From the NCBI RefSeq assembly GCF_009914755.1, contig NC_060938.1: 64,000 nt of DNA. One strand, given 5' to 3'. The DNA is from the human T2T-CHM13v2.0 reference genome, Homo sapiens. The notes under the pieces are model-generated. The model was not told the DNA's origin and did no database searches. It worked only from the letters and a program-made list of their open reading frames with translations. Shown piece after piece: positions 37,008 through 51,732 of this stretch; the first letter of the stretch is position 1, and every line of letters begins with the position of its first letter. The position numbers and the translations under genes were made by a program.

Positions 37008-38809
37008 CTGGAAGGGAAAGAAAAATGTTAACTCTAGTGACTAATGTGTGTTTGCAACTGAAACGCCCAGGTTGATACATCACCTGGGTTTGTAGACTCT
37101 AGACCACCCAAAACTGTAACCCCCAGCAATACCTAGCAGAAGGAGTCCTCTCTTTGTCCTGAGCTGATGCATCAGTGTCACAGGATCTTTGGAAAGAAAA
37201 TAGGTCTAATGGGGAGGCATTTAACCTTGCTGACCTAAAGGGACCCATGAGGGCAAGTCAGGTAATTTCTGTTTCTGTACTGCCTCTACCTTGCTATTTG
37301 TGTATTGTATCAGGAAAATGAAGACATGAGATAAAACCTATGATCTTATAGGGAACTTGGATATTACTTGGTGAGGAAGAAGGGGGATCTTTCTGGAAAT
37401 GTTTACTTAGATAATCAGTCATCAAAATGTAGTAAGAGCAGATGTGGGCAATGTCAACATAGGTGCAATACCAACATACGTCCAATGCCATTACTTGAAA
37501 AATGCTTTCCAGATCCCAGAAGGCACCCAACTCCCTCCAAAGATGGGGTTTTGCCCTTCATCTGCTCATTTCTAATACTAGAGAGAGATGAAGGTGAATC
37601 TATACGGAACAGATGTAAAAAAGCAAAAAGAAATTATATCCTAGTGCTTATAATTTTCTATTGGCTAAGTGTTTCCTTTTGAGGCTGGATGGTCTTCATT
37701 TTAGTGATGGTTTTCAGGGTAGCTCTTCTTAATATCAACTTTTAGTGGCTAACTTGCAATAATTATGGCATCATCGTATTTCAGTTAAACTGCCTCATTA
37801 CAACTCATAAAACTGACACTTCAATCTGAAAGGTAAGACTGCATGAAATACCATTATACCCTCTATTCCACCTCTATGTTTTTCATTCATTTGCTGATGA
37901 GCTGTCCTGAAAGGACATGCTCAATAAGAAGGCATGGTTTTTAGGGATAGGCCAATTGCCTGAACATAAGGGTCTTTTTTATTAGGAATTATTTATGGAT
38001 GTTTCCTTAAAAGTGAACACTGGAAATAACTTCTCACATACCTTCCAAAAGAATTGTAATCATATTGAAGTGTGTCCCTATATTTACTTGTTTTTATCTA
38101 CTGCACAAATGCTCCCATGCTTTAGAAAGAGAAGAGCCAAGGCAGAAGCAACTGATGACCAATATTATCTCTTATTAACCTGTTTTCTAATCCATTACAC
38201 CCAGATTCTGCTTGCAACTGGTTGTTTTCTCAGGTATCTTTCACGTTCTGCCTTCTCTACTTTTTTAGGAACTCCTCTAAATGTTCTTAAGCTTCTAAAT
38301 CCTTAGCCACTGAGTGAGGAAGAGTGCACCTATTTAAGAAGTAGCAAATTGATTTAATTTAAAGGCACATGGAACCTGTTTTGTGAATATGCTCAGAAAT
38401 TCTCAATGCTATAGGAGGAATTATATCTACCCAGGCTTCCCTTTACATCATCATCCAAATTATAAAACACTTGGAAATAAGAAACAGATGCAGGGATAGG
38501 TGCTGCCTTGACTGAATTCTGAATTCCATTTCCTTTTTCCTGGAGTTCTCCTATGAACACTAAAGATTTGGTTAAGAGGGTCACCAAGTTGATAAATGAA
38601 GGGTTCATGGCAGTGACAGGGAAAAGCATATAGTGGGTACCAGAAAACCCACCATCTTTGTAGTGTTTTATCCAATGGTTTTATAAATAAGTTTTCAGCG
38701 GTAGACATATGGTTCCTTCCCTACCAAAAAGTAAAATTGGCTACGTTTTTTTACCATCTTTTTAATTAATTTATTTATTTATTTTCCATTGGTCCATGTC
38801 ACTCTTAAA

Positions 38810-39377
38810 AATTTTTATTTATTTTTATTATTATTATTTTTTTAAGAGATGAGGTCTCTCTATGTTGCCCAGGCTGGTCTTGAACTCCCGGGCTCAAGCA
38901 ATCATACCACCTTGGCCTCCCAAAGTGCTAAGAGTACAGATGTGAGTCACCACACCTGGCTTTTCTTTAATCATCTGTTTTAATTTGGTTGTCAAGCTTT
39001 ATCTTTAAGGCATATTATCTTGAAGCAAGGACCTTGGTTATAAGCCATACTGTTGTGAATTTCTCTTTTTTTTCTCTTTTTTTCTTTTTTTTTTTTTTGA
39101 GACAGGGTCTCACTCTCTTGCCCAGGCTGGAGTATAGTGGTATGATCTTGGCTCACTGCAACCTCCACCTCCTGGGCTCAAGCAATCCTCCCACCTTAGC
39201 ATCCCAAGTAGCTGAGACTACAGGTGTGCACCACCGTGCCTGAATTTTTTGTATTTTTAGTAGAGATGAGGTTTTGCTATGTTGGCCAGGCTGGTCTCGA
39301 ACTCCTGGCCTGAAGTGATCCGCCCACCTTGGCCTCCCAAAGTGTTGGGATTACAGGTGTGAGCCACCGTGCCTGGC
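38810..39377 (-). mobile_element. Alu monomer (38810-38960) and full Alu (39060-39377)
   Basis: Consensus matches. Confidence 0.92.
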
Positions 39378-39554
39378 CTGAATGTCCTTCAATGATAAGC
39401 AGAAGTACCAATGGACCCCTCCCTTTGCCTGAGAAACTCTTCAGGGGAGTGAGGGTAAAACAAAAAGCAACACTGAAGATTACACACATTGGGCTTATTC
39501 AGAAGTACAGTGCAAAAGCCTGGTGCCAGGTTTCTGGCTCAAAGTGATACCTAC

Positions 39555-39650
39555 CCTGTGCTGCACTCTCAGAGACACAGCATAGCCTGCATTACGAAAG
39601 AGGTCTACAGCATCCTGGTGCAGCAGGTTCTTTAGGTCTTGGCCATTTAC
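39555..39650 (-). CDS. SYNJ2BP: SYNJ2BP coding exon 3 (VNGQDLKNLLHQDAVDLFRNAGYAVSLRVQHR), C-terminal half of PDZ domain
   Basis: 96 nt, GACAG acceptor, GTAGGT donor, phase 0/0. Confidence 0.96.
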
Positions 39651-40649
39651 CTGTCAAAACACCAAAGAGTAGTAAGAAAGGAAGAAGGCTATTAGAAGTC
39701 AACAATTTATTTTCAAATGGCCAAACTTTAAATAACAAACTCCTTCAGAGCAAATTGCAAGGACTAGGAGTATGGGCAAAGTTACTTAGAGCTCAGAACT
39801 TAGAACTTTTTTCATTTTCAAAACTATGTTTTCCTAGAACTGAAGTTCCACAGGCCATCTGAAGAGAACCTATGTAAAATAAAAAGTGGTCTCTCCTTCC
39901 TCTTAGCTTCTATGCCGGTCTCGTTTTGACACTTGGGAATCTGTTACTGTATTAGCATTTCTTCCATGAGTGTTAACCTGCTTCCTTAAAGATAGCATGG
40001 TCTTCCAGGTTACCACCCTATCCTTTATATTCCTAAGCCCTGGCATTGCCAGCTGCAACTGTAGAAATATAACTCTATGAAACTCTCCACCAATTTATTT
40101 TGATGTCATATAAATCTATACTAGCCCATTCTATTGGGCTTTTCATAGTGAACAACTTCCTGTGATTCCACGGATACTCCTATCCATTATATCCAAATTA
40201 GTAAATTAGTCATTTTTTAATCAAAACTTAGTAAAAACCATATTCCTGTGATGATATAAATCCTTAAAAAAATTTCAGTGTAGGTCACTCCTACCACTTA
40301 GAGGTGAGAGATGTGAAGGAATACTTGTATTAATACTTTTTGCAGTTAGGAGTGACATCGGCCACAAGTAATAATCTATCTATCCTATGCTGTATTCAGT
40401 GACACAGCACAGCCCACTTAGTGCAAGATTACATATCTTTTATACATGTCAATGTCATCGTTAACAGTAGCAGCAATAAGAACATCTGATATATTTCTTT
40501 TGATAGGTTCTGTACTTTACATACATTATCTCTTTTAATTCTCATGATAACCCTATGAGGTAGACATTATTTTTATCTCGTTTCCACAGATAAAGAAACT
40601 TGAAGCTCAGTGAGATTTGTGCTGGAGCTAGGGCTAGGATTTGTAAATA

Positions 40650-43430
40650 ATGAAAGAAAGATCAAAGTGTCCTTGCATTTCACTGTTCCTTCTGCACTGT
40701 TATTCTTCCATCTTGACTCACCAACTATCCTCTGCTCAGCTAATGCTCAAGTCACTCCCTTACTCAACTCTCTCATTTTCCTTGTCGCAATCTTCCTTCT
40801 CCAAGGCATTCATAATCTTCCCTCTACTCTCTCTCTTGCCAATACAGTTGGTGAATGAATCTACCAACACTTCTGCCCTATAGACAGTCTACCTTTGTAA
40901 ACCAATAGTTTCCAACTCCATTCCACTTCAGTCACCAATTGACGTAAACTTAGACTTCAATATTAGACATGCTTCAGCTCCAATATCTCAAACTCTTAAA
41001 AACCTGACAACAATTTCCACTCTTTTCATACTTTCTATTCATCTACTGAATTTCCTCCTTGTAACCTTTTTAGACTTTACTTGCATCCTTGCCCATCTAG
41101 GAGTTCCTGTTGTAATTTCAACAAAGCACTTGGTAAATCATTAGAATCCTTTGTCCCCAAGATCTTCTGCCATCTTTCCAGTCCTGGGCCATATTCTGCA
41201 ATCCTTTTCTTGCCATCATTAAGTTGAATATTCTGGGAGAAAGGTATATTCTCATTCTCCACCATAGACCCATACTAGCTGACTCCAGCTCATCCTTAAA
41301 ACCGCTTCTACTCATTTGCTGAACTCCTTAATAAACACGCAGTGATAGCTGTTCCAGACCTTTTTCCACCACCATCTCCAACCCCATTTCTACCTCTCTC
41401 CCTAGCTGATTCCTTTATCTTTTGTGAGAACACTGAGGACTTCTGATAAATGCTTTCTACATTTTCTTTCCTTCTCCCTCAAAGTTTCTTTATATCTTCT
41501 CACTACTCCTTTCCCCTAGTCTCCGAATTAGATCTATTTCCTTTTCAAGGTGAAACCATCCACTGATGATCTTGATCATACTTCTTCTAACCTCCTTACA
41601 AAACTCACACAGACACTCTGTCTTCTTGATTACTTAACGATTATCTTTCTCTGCTCCTTCTCTCAACTAAAATTATACACCTCTATAAAGAAAACAATAC
41701 AACTATTTCTTGGAACGCATTATCACTCTCCTCCCATCTTCTTTCCTCTTTCTTTGACTGCTAAATTTGTTCTAAGAACTGTTTGCATGCACTACCTCTA
41801 TTTCTTCAGCATTCATTCTCTATTCCCCTGTAATCTCACAATGTATGAGGTAGAAGGGAAGAACATGTTTTTCTAAAGGTCACCAATAACTTCCAATCAC
41901 CAAATCCTATAGCCGTTTTTGTCTTCAGACCACCTCCTCCCTTTTGTAATTTTCTCCTATCTTGGCATATGAACACTTAGCATCTTTGTTCTTAAATTAT
42001 TCCTTTCCGGATTTCCTCTTCCCTTTCTTTCTCCTTAAGGTGAGTCAAGGTTTTTCAGTATCAATCCTCTATCTTCTTTCTTTCTCTCCCACTGTGAGCT
42101 TTAACAGTTTCAACCATAATCTGTAAGATAACTCCCAAATTTGTATCCCTACTTGTACTTCTGGATTTGCCAGTTTCTTGCTGGATGCCTACACTGTATA
42201 CTCTGCTAGACCCTAATTCAACATATCCAAAACCTCTTTATTACTTCCCACAAAAATCAGAATACATACCTTGCTTCTTATTGCCACTATCATTCCTTCA
42301 AACTTTTTTTTTTTTTTTTTTTTTTGAGACAGAGTCTTGCTCTGTCCCTCAGGCTGTCACAGTGGTGTGATCATGGCTGACTGGAGACTTGAACTCCTGG
42401 GATCAAGTGATTCTCCTGCCTCAGCCTCCGAAAGTGCTGGGATTATAGGTGTGAGACATTGTGCCCCAGCCCAGGCTAAAATTTTAATAATAGTTTTAAA
42501 CTCTCTCTGCTGTCAACTTTCATATACAATAGATTGCCAAACTCCACAGTCTAACACTATGACATCTCTCATACAGTATTTTCTTTCCTATTGCCTATTT
42601 TAGGCTGTTGACACTAAAAACAAAACAAAAACTTGGGACCCCAATCCACCATGTCAAGAGAAAAAATTAAGCTGCAAGCTGAGTCATGCAATAAACTGCT
42701 TTTCCTTTTGTTCCCAAGCAGATAGCTACAGATAACAGGTTAAATATCTCCACAGGTAATTACTCTATGTTCACCTTATCTTATGTAAAGTCCCAACTTA
42801 CTAAGCAAAAGAAAATACGTAATTGACTATTTCCTTGCCTGCTCCTTTCCTCTGGCAACATGTGGATTACCATACCTTCCCTCTTTGCTCTTCAGCCTAC
42901 TTTTCCCCTTTAAATATTAAAGGCCTCAAAATCATCTTTGGAGAAAGGAACATACCTGTCTCCCAGGCATGTCCTTAACCTTGGCAAAAGAAACTTCAAT
43001 CAATTTAGAAGACTCTTGGTTTAAAATACTCTTAGTTGAACTATTGTGATCACTTCTCTCTGATTTACTTTTCTCTAGGTTGGAACCGATTCAAATACTA
43101 GGTCTCCAGATTAATCTTCCTAAAGTACAATTCTGTTACTACCACTTTACTGCTCAAAAAACAAAAACAAAACTGGGGAGCAAGGAAAGAGTACATACCT
43201 CGTTTCTTATGCTGATATGGAAAGTCTTCCAGGAAATGACTCTAACCTATCTTCTCAGGTTAATTTCTATTTCCTTTCCTATATCCTATACTCTAGCTAA
43301 GTCACATAACTCACTGACTGGGACATAAAACATATTTTTTACCTTTATACCTGTGCTCAAACTGTATCTACCACCTAAATGCCCTTCCCTTTTAAAAAAT
43401 TCTATTTATCTTCCGAGATTGATCTTTAAA
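40650..43430. mobile_element. Decayed L2-like tract, interrupted by an Alu (42304-42471) and an LTR
   Basis: Long CT-rich decayed sequence with L2-like motifs (CTAAAGGTCACCAATAACTTCC, GATAACTCCCAAATTTGTATC). Confidence 0.55.
42606..43022 (+). mobile_element. MER4-family LTR
   Basis: GGGACCCCAA...GCTGAGTCATGCAA...GGTTAAATATCTCCACAGGTA...CAAAATCATCTTTGGAGAAAGG...CCTTAACCTTGGCAAAA. Confidence 0.75.
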
Positions 43431-44267
43431 AAGGATCAGTCCTGCTACCTACAGTGTAGAAATGAATACAGTTTTCTAGTCGAGGGACTTTAATTTCATG
43501 TTATGCCTTGGTTTTCTTGTTAGATATGCTGTAGGAAAAGAACTTCAGGATTTCTATAACTATCACAATGAATTCTCAATGACTCAATTTTCTAGTTAAC
43601 TCTTGACAGAATAGGTGTGAGATTGCTGACTGTCATGGGAATGCTCACTTAAGTAATCTAGCCCATGTGATAGCTGTATTTCTCATTATAAAGAAATAAG
43701 TACTTTCTTTAGAGGCAGACAAGTAAGTTAATGATGCAGTCATGTCAATGAATGCCAAATGATGTCACAGCTCAATATCAGAGCCAAGGTTTCATAGTAA
43801 TATAAATGTAAATGAGATAACTGGGTCACTATATTAAATGGTAGAAATACTGGGCTTAAAATAATCTTTGCCATAGTAGTCAGTAATAATTGCAGAGAAT
43901 TATTGAACATAACCATGTCTGGAGCTGTCTGTTCATCTTACATGTATTAACTCATTTAGTCTTCACAATGGTTCTGTAAGTTAGGAACCCCTATTTTATA
44001 AGTGATAAAACTGAAGTGTAGAAAGGCTATCAATTTATCTGTGAGCAAACAGAATGAAAGCAGCAAAGCCAAGGATTCAAACTCAAGCAGGCTGGCCCAA
44101 AAGCCTTCACTTTAAAACACTAACCTATATGAATTTACATGGCAAGCAAGGATTTTATTTCAGCAACATATTACTGCCTATCACATATATGTTGTAAATT
44201 AAATTTTTATTGGTTTTGCCATTTAGTTTGTATTTAATGTTACACATTGAAAAAGTGTTAAGAGTTG

Positions 44268-44563
<296 letters not shown>

Positions 44564-45842
44564 GTTAGAGTTGAATAAAAACAAGATATTTATATATTAA
44601 TATTACTATTCATTTGTATATACAGAAGTAGCATTAAAATTAAAAAAGCAATTTAGTTAGGTGCCACTTCATTGACAAGGCCTTTCTAGATAACGTCACT
44701 AGATATGACTGATTTACTTCTTTGAATACTCTGTAACTCTGAATACTATGCAACTATATACTTTGAATACTGTGTAACTCTCTTAAAGTCCAAATTGAAC
44801 TCTGCCTGACACCACTTTGCATTCTATTGTAACTTCAACATGTATCTCAGCTGATCATTATAACTCTACAATACCTAAGAGAACTTTGTACACTTGAGCA
44901 TAATAAATAGCACATGCTTTCCTGAAGTTTGGCTGCAGAGTGCACCCTGAAAAAGCCATAAATACACAAAGCCTGACTGACATAATCTCAGTACTACATA
45001 AAGCTGCAAGGCCTGGATTCTAATAGTAGCTTTACCTGCCAATGATTCAGTGTGTAATCCTGCCCCTCCATCTGAGTCTCCTTCTGCTAACAGGGAAGAA
45101 AGACATTGGTACATCAGGCAAAAGAAGATGTTATAAAGGGCATAGGCCAGTTAAGCCAATTATGCCTTTCAACCCTCCTAGTTAAGGCTAAAGGTATTCT
45201 AATTTAAGAGACGTTATTCTAATGACTACTTTAAAACCCCAAATAAGAGACCTTTTAGAAATGCAAAGATAATTCCTTCTTAAAGAACCCTTTCTCATCC
45301 TTTACCCAAGGTAAACCAGCCCCTAAAACATGTCATGATTACGACTTTCTCCCTTGACAATATCATTTCTACTCCAAAATTGAATTTGCTCTCCAATACT
45401 GACATCCTCTAAGCATTTTTAGATTCCAGCTGCTCAGTGACTAACCACCAAGTTCTGTAGATTTCACCCTTAAGTATCTGTGGAATCCACTCTTTTTATT
45501 ACCATCCTTACTAACATAGACCAGTGGTTCTCAAAGTGTGGTCCCACCACCAGCAGCCTTAGCATCACCTGGGAACCTGTTAAAAATGCAAACGTTTAGG
45601 CCTCATCCTAGCTGCACTTTAACACTCCTTCAAAGTGATTCTCAAGTCTGAGTTAGTTCTTACCTAATCTGCCTGAAACAGTCTTTTAACTGGTCTCCAC
45701 TCCCAGGCTACTTCCCCTATTTAATATACCCCTTTCTACATATCCCTTGCATCTACAGATTTCATTAGTACTTTTCCATTCACTGGAGTAGTAATTTTTC
45801 AAATATTGTGAAATCAATCCAGTGGGTCAAGACCAGTTGTTT

Positions 45843-46173
<331 letters not shown>

Positions 46174-47848
46174 TTAGAAGAAAACAAAATATCAAAATTC
46201 ATCACATATAGAAAAGTATTGTTGTGTTAAACTTTTGCTTCAAATACACACACACACTTATTTGACGAATAGGAAATGTATGTCGTTCCTGTTATAGGTT
46301 ATAATTTAAAAGGTCTGAAAAACACTTGCCTACAGCAGTGGTTCTCAAACTTTACTGTGCACAGGCTCACCACGGGATCTCATAATGCAGAGTTTGATTC
46401 TGTAGGTCTGGGAAGGGCCCTGAGATTTTGCATTTCTAACAAGCTCCCAGGTGATGGCCAGACTGCTGGTCCTTGAACCTCACTTTTAGTACCAGAAGCT
46501 ACTCGGCTGAGTAATCCCAGAATTAACTTGCTACTTCAGCTTCCTTAACTCATGACATAATAAGGTTTATTGAACCTAAGATATGGCAGATTTGCAATGT
46601 GCTAGAAAATTTCGCTGACTCTGAAGTTTCAGAGAATGAGCATGGTGTTGTTCTAGTTAACTGATGAGGAAACATACTTTTTTTTACTTTAACTCTGGTT
46701 GTTAGCATGTTAAAATGTGTTTCCTATTTCCTGCCTTATGAAATAAGCTGAGTTAAAATTAGTTTTCTTTGATTAAGAATTTTGAATTGCCTCAGGATAT
46801 TCTAAAACAAGATCTCTGACTTGTAAATGTAGAGACATAGAGAAAGAATGGGCTCAATTTAATAAGCAATAGATGTGAGAATATACTCTGGATATTGTAA
46901 TTTTTTACTAAGATCCTGCAATGAACCACATTTTTTGGTCTCTTTTTTCATCAATTTTTGAAGAAACCATAAAAATAGATTATTTAGATCCAATCCAAAA
47001 AAGTCAGTGTGTTATAATGCAGGGGTTAATTCACGGAACTAACTTATTAGATGCTTACTCAGGGCCAGGTACAGGACTAGATGCTGGAGATAAAGAGATG
47101 ATAAGGCAAAGATCCTTCCCTGGAGGTATTTTATTTAAAGAATGCTGCTGTATATTTCAACATCTCTGCAGCTGATTGGATGGGGGTTTCTGCTGGGTCT
47201 TTCTCACTGATTTCTAAGGTAAGCGCAGAGACCAGTGTTTCATTTCCTTTGTAACTTTCCCATAGCACTTGGCACAGTGCTCTGAAGGCCATTAAGTACA
47301 ATAGTTGATAAATGTTGATGACTAGCCAACTCTTTCATTCACCAAATTAAAAACTGTACTCACACAGAATATGAAATGAAGCTGGCTAATGGCTCAATCT
47401 GTGCCATTTTGTTATATAAGGGGTTTGTCCCATGTTAAAATGGAACATTCAACTGTGTAGTATGACCAGCTATGTCACCCTTAGCTTAATAAAAATGTCA
47501 TGTTCACTGAGGAATGACTATTCTTCACCTCCCTTCATTTAGGCAGACACACAAGGAATGAGAAACTTAGTTCACTTTTCTAAAAATAAAAATTAAATTA
47601 TTCCAGGTTCCATAATGGTTTATTCTAATAATAAACCATTCTCGCCAGCATACACACACAAAATGAACCATGGGTGAGGAATTTCCAGCCTTCGTAATAG
47701 CCATTTTTATTTCATGGTTGTCAGATGCAACATGGCCTTAAAAATCATTTACTGTCATTATTTAAGAAAATTTTTCTTTCTTAAGTTTAAATCATCTACA
47801 GTGATCATAAAAAATGAAATTTCACTTTTGATGAGAAAGAGGAAACTA

Positions 47849-47950
47849 TTTTTTTTTTTTTTGAGATGGAGTCTTGCTCCATTGCCCAGGCTGGAGTGCA
47901 GTGGCGCGATCTCGGCTCACTGCAAGCTCTGCCTCCCGGGTTCACGCCAT
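47849..47950 (-). mobile_element. 5'-truncated AluY
   Basis: Right-arm end only; flanking direct repeat GAAACTA. Confidence 0.9.
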
Positions 47951-48454
47951 GAAACTACATGATAAACCATGCAGTTATTTAATTTTAGAACTTGAAAGCA
48001 AGATAATATGTGGGAATTACTTGGGGAGAATGAAAAGGTTAAATTAATAGCTAATAATAACTCTAGGAAATTTACATGTCACATAATGTTACTTAAATCA
48101 GCTATCTAAAATAGGTATGTGCTAAGGAAGAGATACATTTTTAGTTTATCTAGCAAACATTACTAGAGGAAAAATGGGGCATATTTTATAACATGGAGAA
48201 ATAACTTATGCGTGGAGAATAGGAAAATACATAAAAACTAAATGAGAATTTAGACTAATACATAATTTAGCATCATTTTTACAGAGACTTCAAAGCCAAT
48301 AATAAATGAATACTTAAGTACATTTCATAGTTATGGCCTAGAAGTTCACTTAAGGACAGAGAGGGAATACGATGTCCCGGTAAGTGATGGAACAGGCTGT
48401 TTCATAGTATTTCTTAACGAATGGGATCTAGAAAGAAGAATTTTGAAGCAAACT

Positions 48455-48812
48455 CTTGTAATTCTCACATGTCATGGGAGGGACCTGGTGGGAGGTGACT
48501 GGATCATGGGGGCCACTTCCCTCATGCTGTTCTGGTGATAGTGAGTGAGTTCTCATTAGATCTGGTTGTTTGATAAGTGTCTGGCACTTCCCCCTACTCT
48601 CTCTCTCCTGCCACCTTGTGAAGAAGGTACTTGCTTCTCCTTCACCTTAAAAACATGATTTTAAGTTTAAACTTAAAACTTAAAACCATGATTTTAAGTT
48701 TCCTGGGGCCTCCCCAGCCAAGTGGAACTGTGAGTCAGTTAAACCTCTTTTCTTTATAAATTACCCAGTCTCACGTAGTATCTTTATAGCAGTGTGAAAA
48801 CAGATTGATACA
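48455..48812 (+). mobile_element. THE1/MSTA-type MaLR LTR, 5'-truncated
   Basis: GGGAGGGACCTGGTGGGAGGTGACTGGATCATGG...TATAAATTACCCAGTCTC...GATACA. Confidence 0.85.
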
Positions 48813-49219
48813 GCCCCTGATATGTCTTCTATCTCTGCCTCTCCTTCCCCTGGCTTTTCCCCTCTCTTCTTTGGATGCCTTTTCCTTAAATGGCCAAAAC
48901 ATAAACATATCATTCCTTGTAACATATCTTTGTAATATTTAATATCTTTTTACATCTTTATATTTCTTATATTTTGGTAAAGTAAAATCCTCTTTGCTAT
49001 AAATTTAGACATCTACTTTTCTCTTCATTGACATTTATCTCCCATCATTTATCAGCAGCTCCAGCCCTTTTTTAAAACTTGAGAGGCCTTTCAATAATTT
49101 ATTTTCTCTGTGAGGAAATGGTCCACATAAGGTTCTCAACTTGTATCTAATAATCTTCTTTACATCGAGGTTTATTTCCTTATTTCTGATTCTACCCTTT
49201 ATAGAAAGACGAATTTCAG

Positions 49220-49566
49220 TTTTTATCTTATTTTATTTTTATTTTATTTTATTTTATTTTGAGATAGAGTCTCACTCCGTCGCCCAGGCTGGAGTGCGCT
49301 GGCATGATCTCAGCTCACTGCAACCTCTGCCTCCCAGGTTCAAGCGATTCTCGTGCCTCAGCCCCCTGAGTAGCTGGGGGACTACAGGCGCGTGCACCAA
49401 GGCGCGTGCCACCATGCCCACCTAATTTTTTGTATTTTTTTTTTTTAGTAGAGACGGGGTTTTGCCATGTTGGCCAGGCAGGTCTTGAACTCCTGCCCTG
49501 AAGTGATCCACCCTCATCAGCCTCCCAAAGTGCTGGGATTACAGGCATGAGCCACTGTACCTGGGC
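49220..49566 (-). mobile_element. Alu
   Basis: Reverse full dimer with (TTTTA)n tail. Confidence 0.95.
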
Positions 49567-51435
49567 TAATTTTAGTTTTTATATAAAACCATACATGCAA
49601 TCTACTATTAATTCACCATGTAACTTTGTCTTTAGGATAACTAATCCTAGCTCCTCATTTACCTTTTAGGAGGCAGTATAACAGTATAACATAGTGGTTT
49701 AAAAAAAGGCTACAAATTCAGACAAACCAGTTTGAGTCCCTTGCTGCTTACTAATTGTGTGACCTTGGGCAAATGGCTTGGGCACAATAATCATGCCCAC
49801 CTCATAGGATTACTATAATATTAAACAAAATAAATTTCAAGTTCTTAGCATGTTACCTGACATTTAGTGCTCAAATACTTCTCACCATTCTCATTTTGCA
49901 ATAATCTACGTTTAACCAAAGCTTTTAAAATAATACAGCTCTCTTCTTTCTCTTCTTAACTCCTATACTATTCTTCATCCACAGAGCCCAGGTTCCAGTG
50001 TTCTGAGGATAATGTAATTTATGTGTCAAAATATTAAGCTGCATAGATTCTAACTAAATGCTACACCTTTATTTTAACAACCCACTCTCAGCATTCCTTA
50101 CAGTACCACTGCCAAGTTGATTCATATTGGATGAATGTCTTTCCTTGGGAGCTAAAGGAAATAATCTGCTTCTAAACTTTTCACTATCCTTTTGAGAAGA
50201 CAGGTATATTATCACTGTCTCCATCTCACTGATTAATAAACAGGGTCTAGGAGAAGCTTAATGGACTGAAGAGAGGCAGAATAGTCAATGAGAAGGACTG
50301 AAATACTGCAGTGCTTGATACTATATTTATATTATGGATCAGCGAGGACACATGCTTAGACATTCTTGAGCTAATTTAGGTGGCTCTAATAGCTACTTGT
50401 TCTGATTTTCTTTCTTTTTGGGGGACTAAGTGGAGTCACAGTCTTCCTGAAGAGGCATTCAGAACCATACTGCTGAGCCTGATCACTCAAATACTCAGAT
50501 GCCAAATGAAGAAAAGGTGGATGTTCTCTCTCTCTTTTCCTTTGTATCTCTGCCTTCAGGTTCTGCTACCAAATGGGCTTCATGGCAGAGAGGTGTTCAA
50601 TAAGCTGACAACTAAGAAGAGCAAGAGATTTCACACATATGACCTTTAATCACTAATCACCTGAACTGCATGAGAAGTAATGTGAAAGGGAAAATTCAAA
50701 TGAAACTATATAGCAAAAAATTTTTAAGGGATGAAGCTAACTCATTATAGAGGTAGGTTCAAAATCATGTATCTGAGACCAATACTTAATTCTGCCAATC
50801 AAGACTTCTCCTGTCTGTACTTCATTCATTTATTTCAACGTTTTCCCAACGTGGCCATCTTGCCCTATTCAGTTCTAAAAGAAAACAGGGAATAGTTTTC
50901 TCCTCTTCGGACCATGGGCTTATGGCCCATCTGGAGAGGATAGGGCTCCGAAGCCCTATCCTATTTCAATTTCCTTTTATTTAAGTCTAGCCCTTTGAAG
51001 CCAGCTCTCCCAAGAATATTCTAGATAATATCTCACCCCCTCAGCATTTTTCCATTCTTTATACCAATCATCTGCACTGTTTCCATACAAGTAATAAGCT
51101 GGCCATTTTTCACTAGTCCTGAAGATTAATAAAAAAAGAAATTCTACAGAATAATTATCTCCAACTATACTCCCTTATCCCCCAGCAAACTGATAGTATC
51201 ATAGGATTACTGTGGCCCATGGTAAGGTAGAGAAATGAACAATAGGGCCAGAGTTATATTTTGCATTTTAATAGTTTTGACTGTATGCTTGTTCTAATTT
51301 ATTTTAAGACCTGAGGTCTGTGGGCCCATATTTATCAGTCAACCTTTTTAGGTTTGCCTGAATTTCTTAACTTGTTCATTTCTTAAACATTATTAAGCAC
51401 TGTGCTATGATTCAAAAGGTTAAAAAAAGATCTTA

Positions 51436-51732
51436 GGCCGGGCCCGGTGGCTCACGCCTGTAATCCCAGCACTTTGGGAGGCTGAGGTGGGCGAATCATG
51501 AGGTCAGGAGTTCGAGACCAGCCTAGCCAACATGGTGAAACCCTGTCTATACTAAAAATATAAAAAATTAGCTGGGCGTAGTGGCAGGGGCCTGTAGTCC
51601 CAACTACTCAGGAGGCTGAGGCAGGAGAATCGCTTGAACCCGGGAGGCAGAGGTTGCGGTGAGCCAAGATTACGACCCTGCACTCCAGCCTGGGTGACAG
51701 AGCAAGAATCTATCTCAAAAAAAAAAAAAAAA
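51436..51732 (+). mobile_element. Alu (AluS-like)
   Basis: Full dimer with poly-A. Confidence 0.95.
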
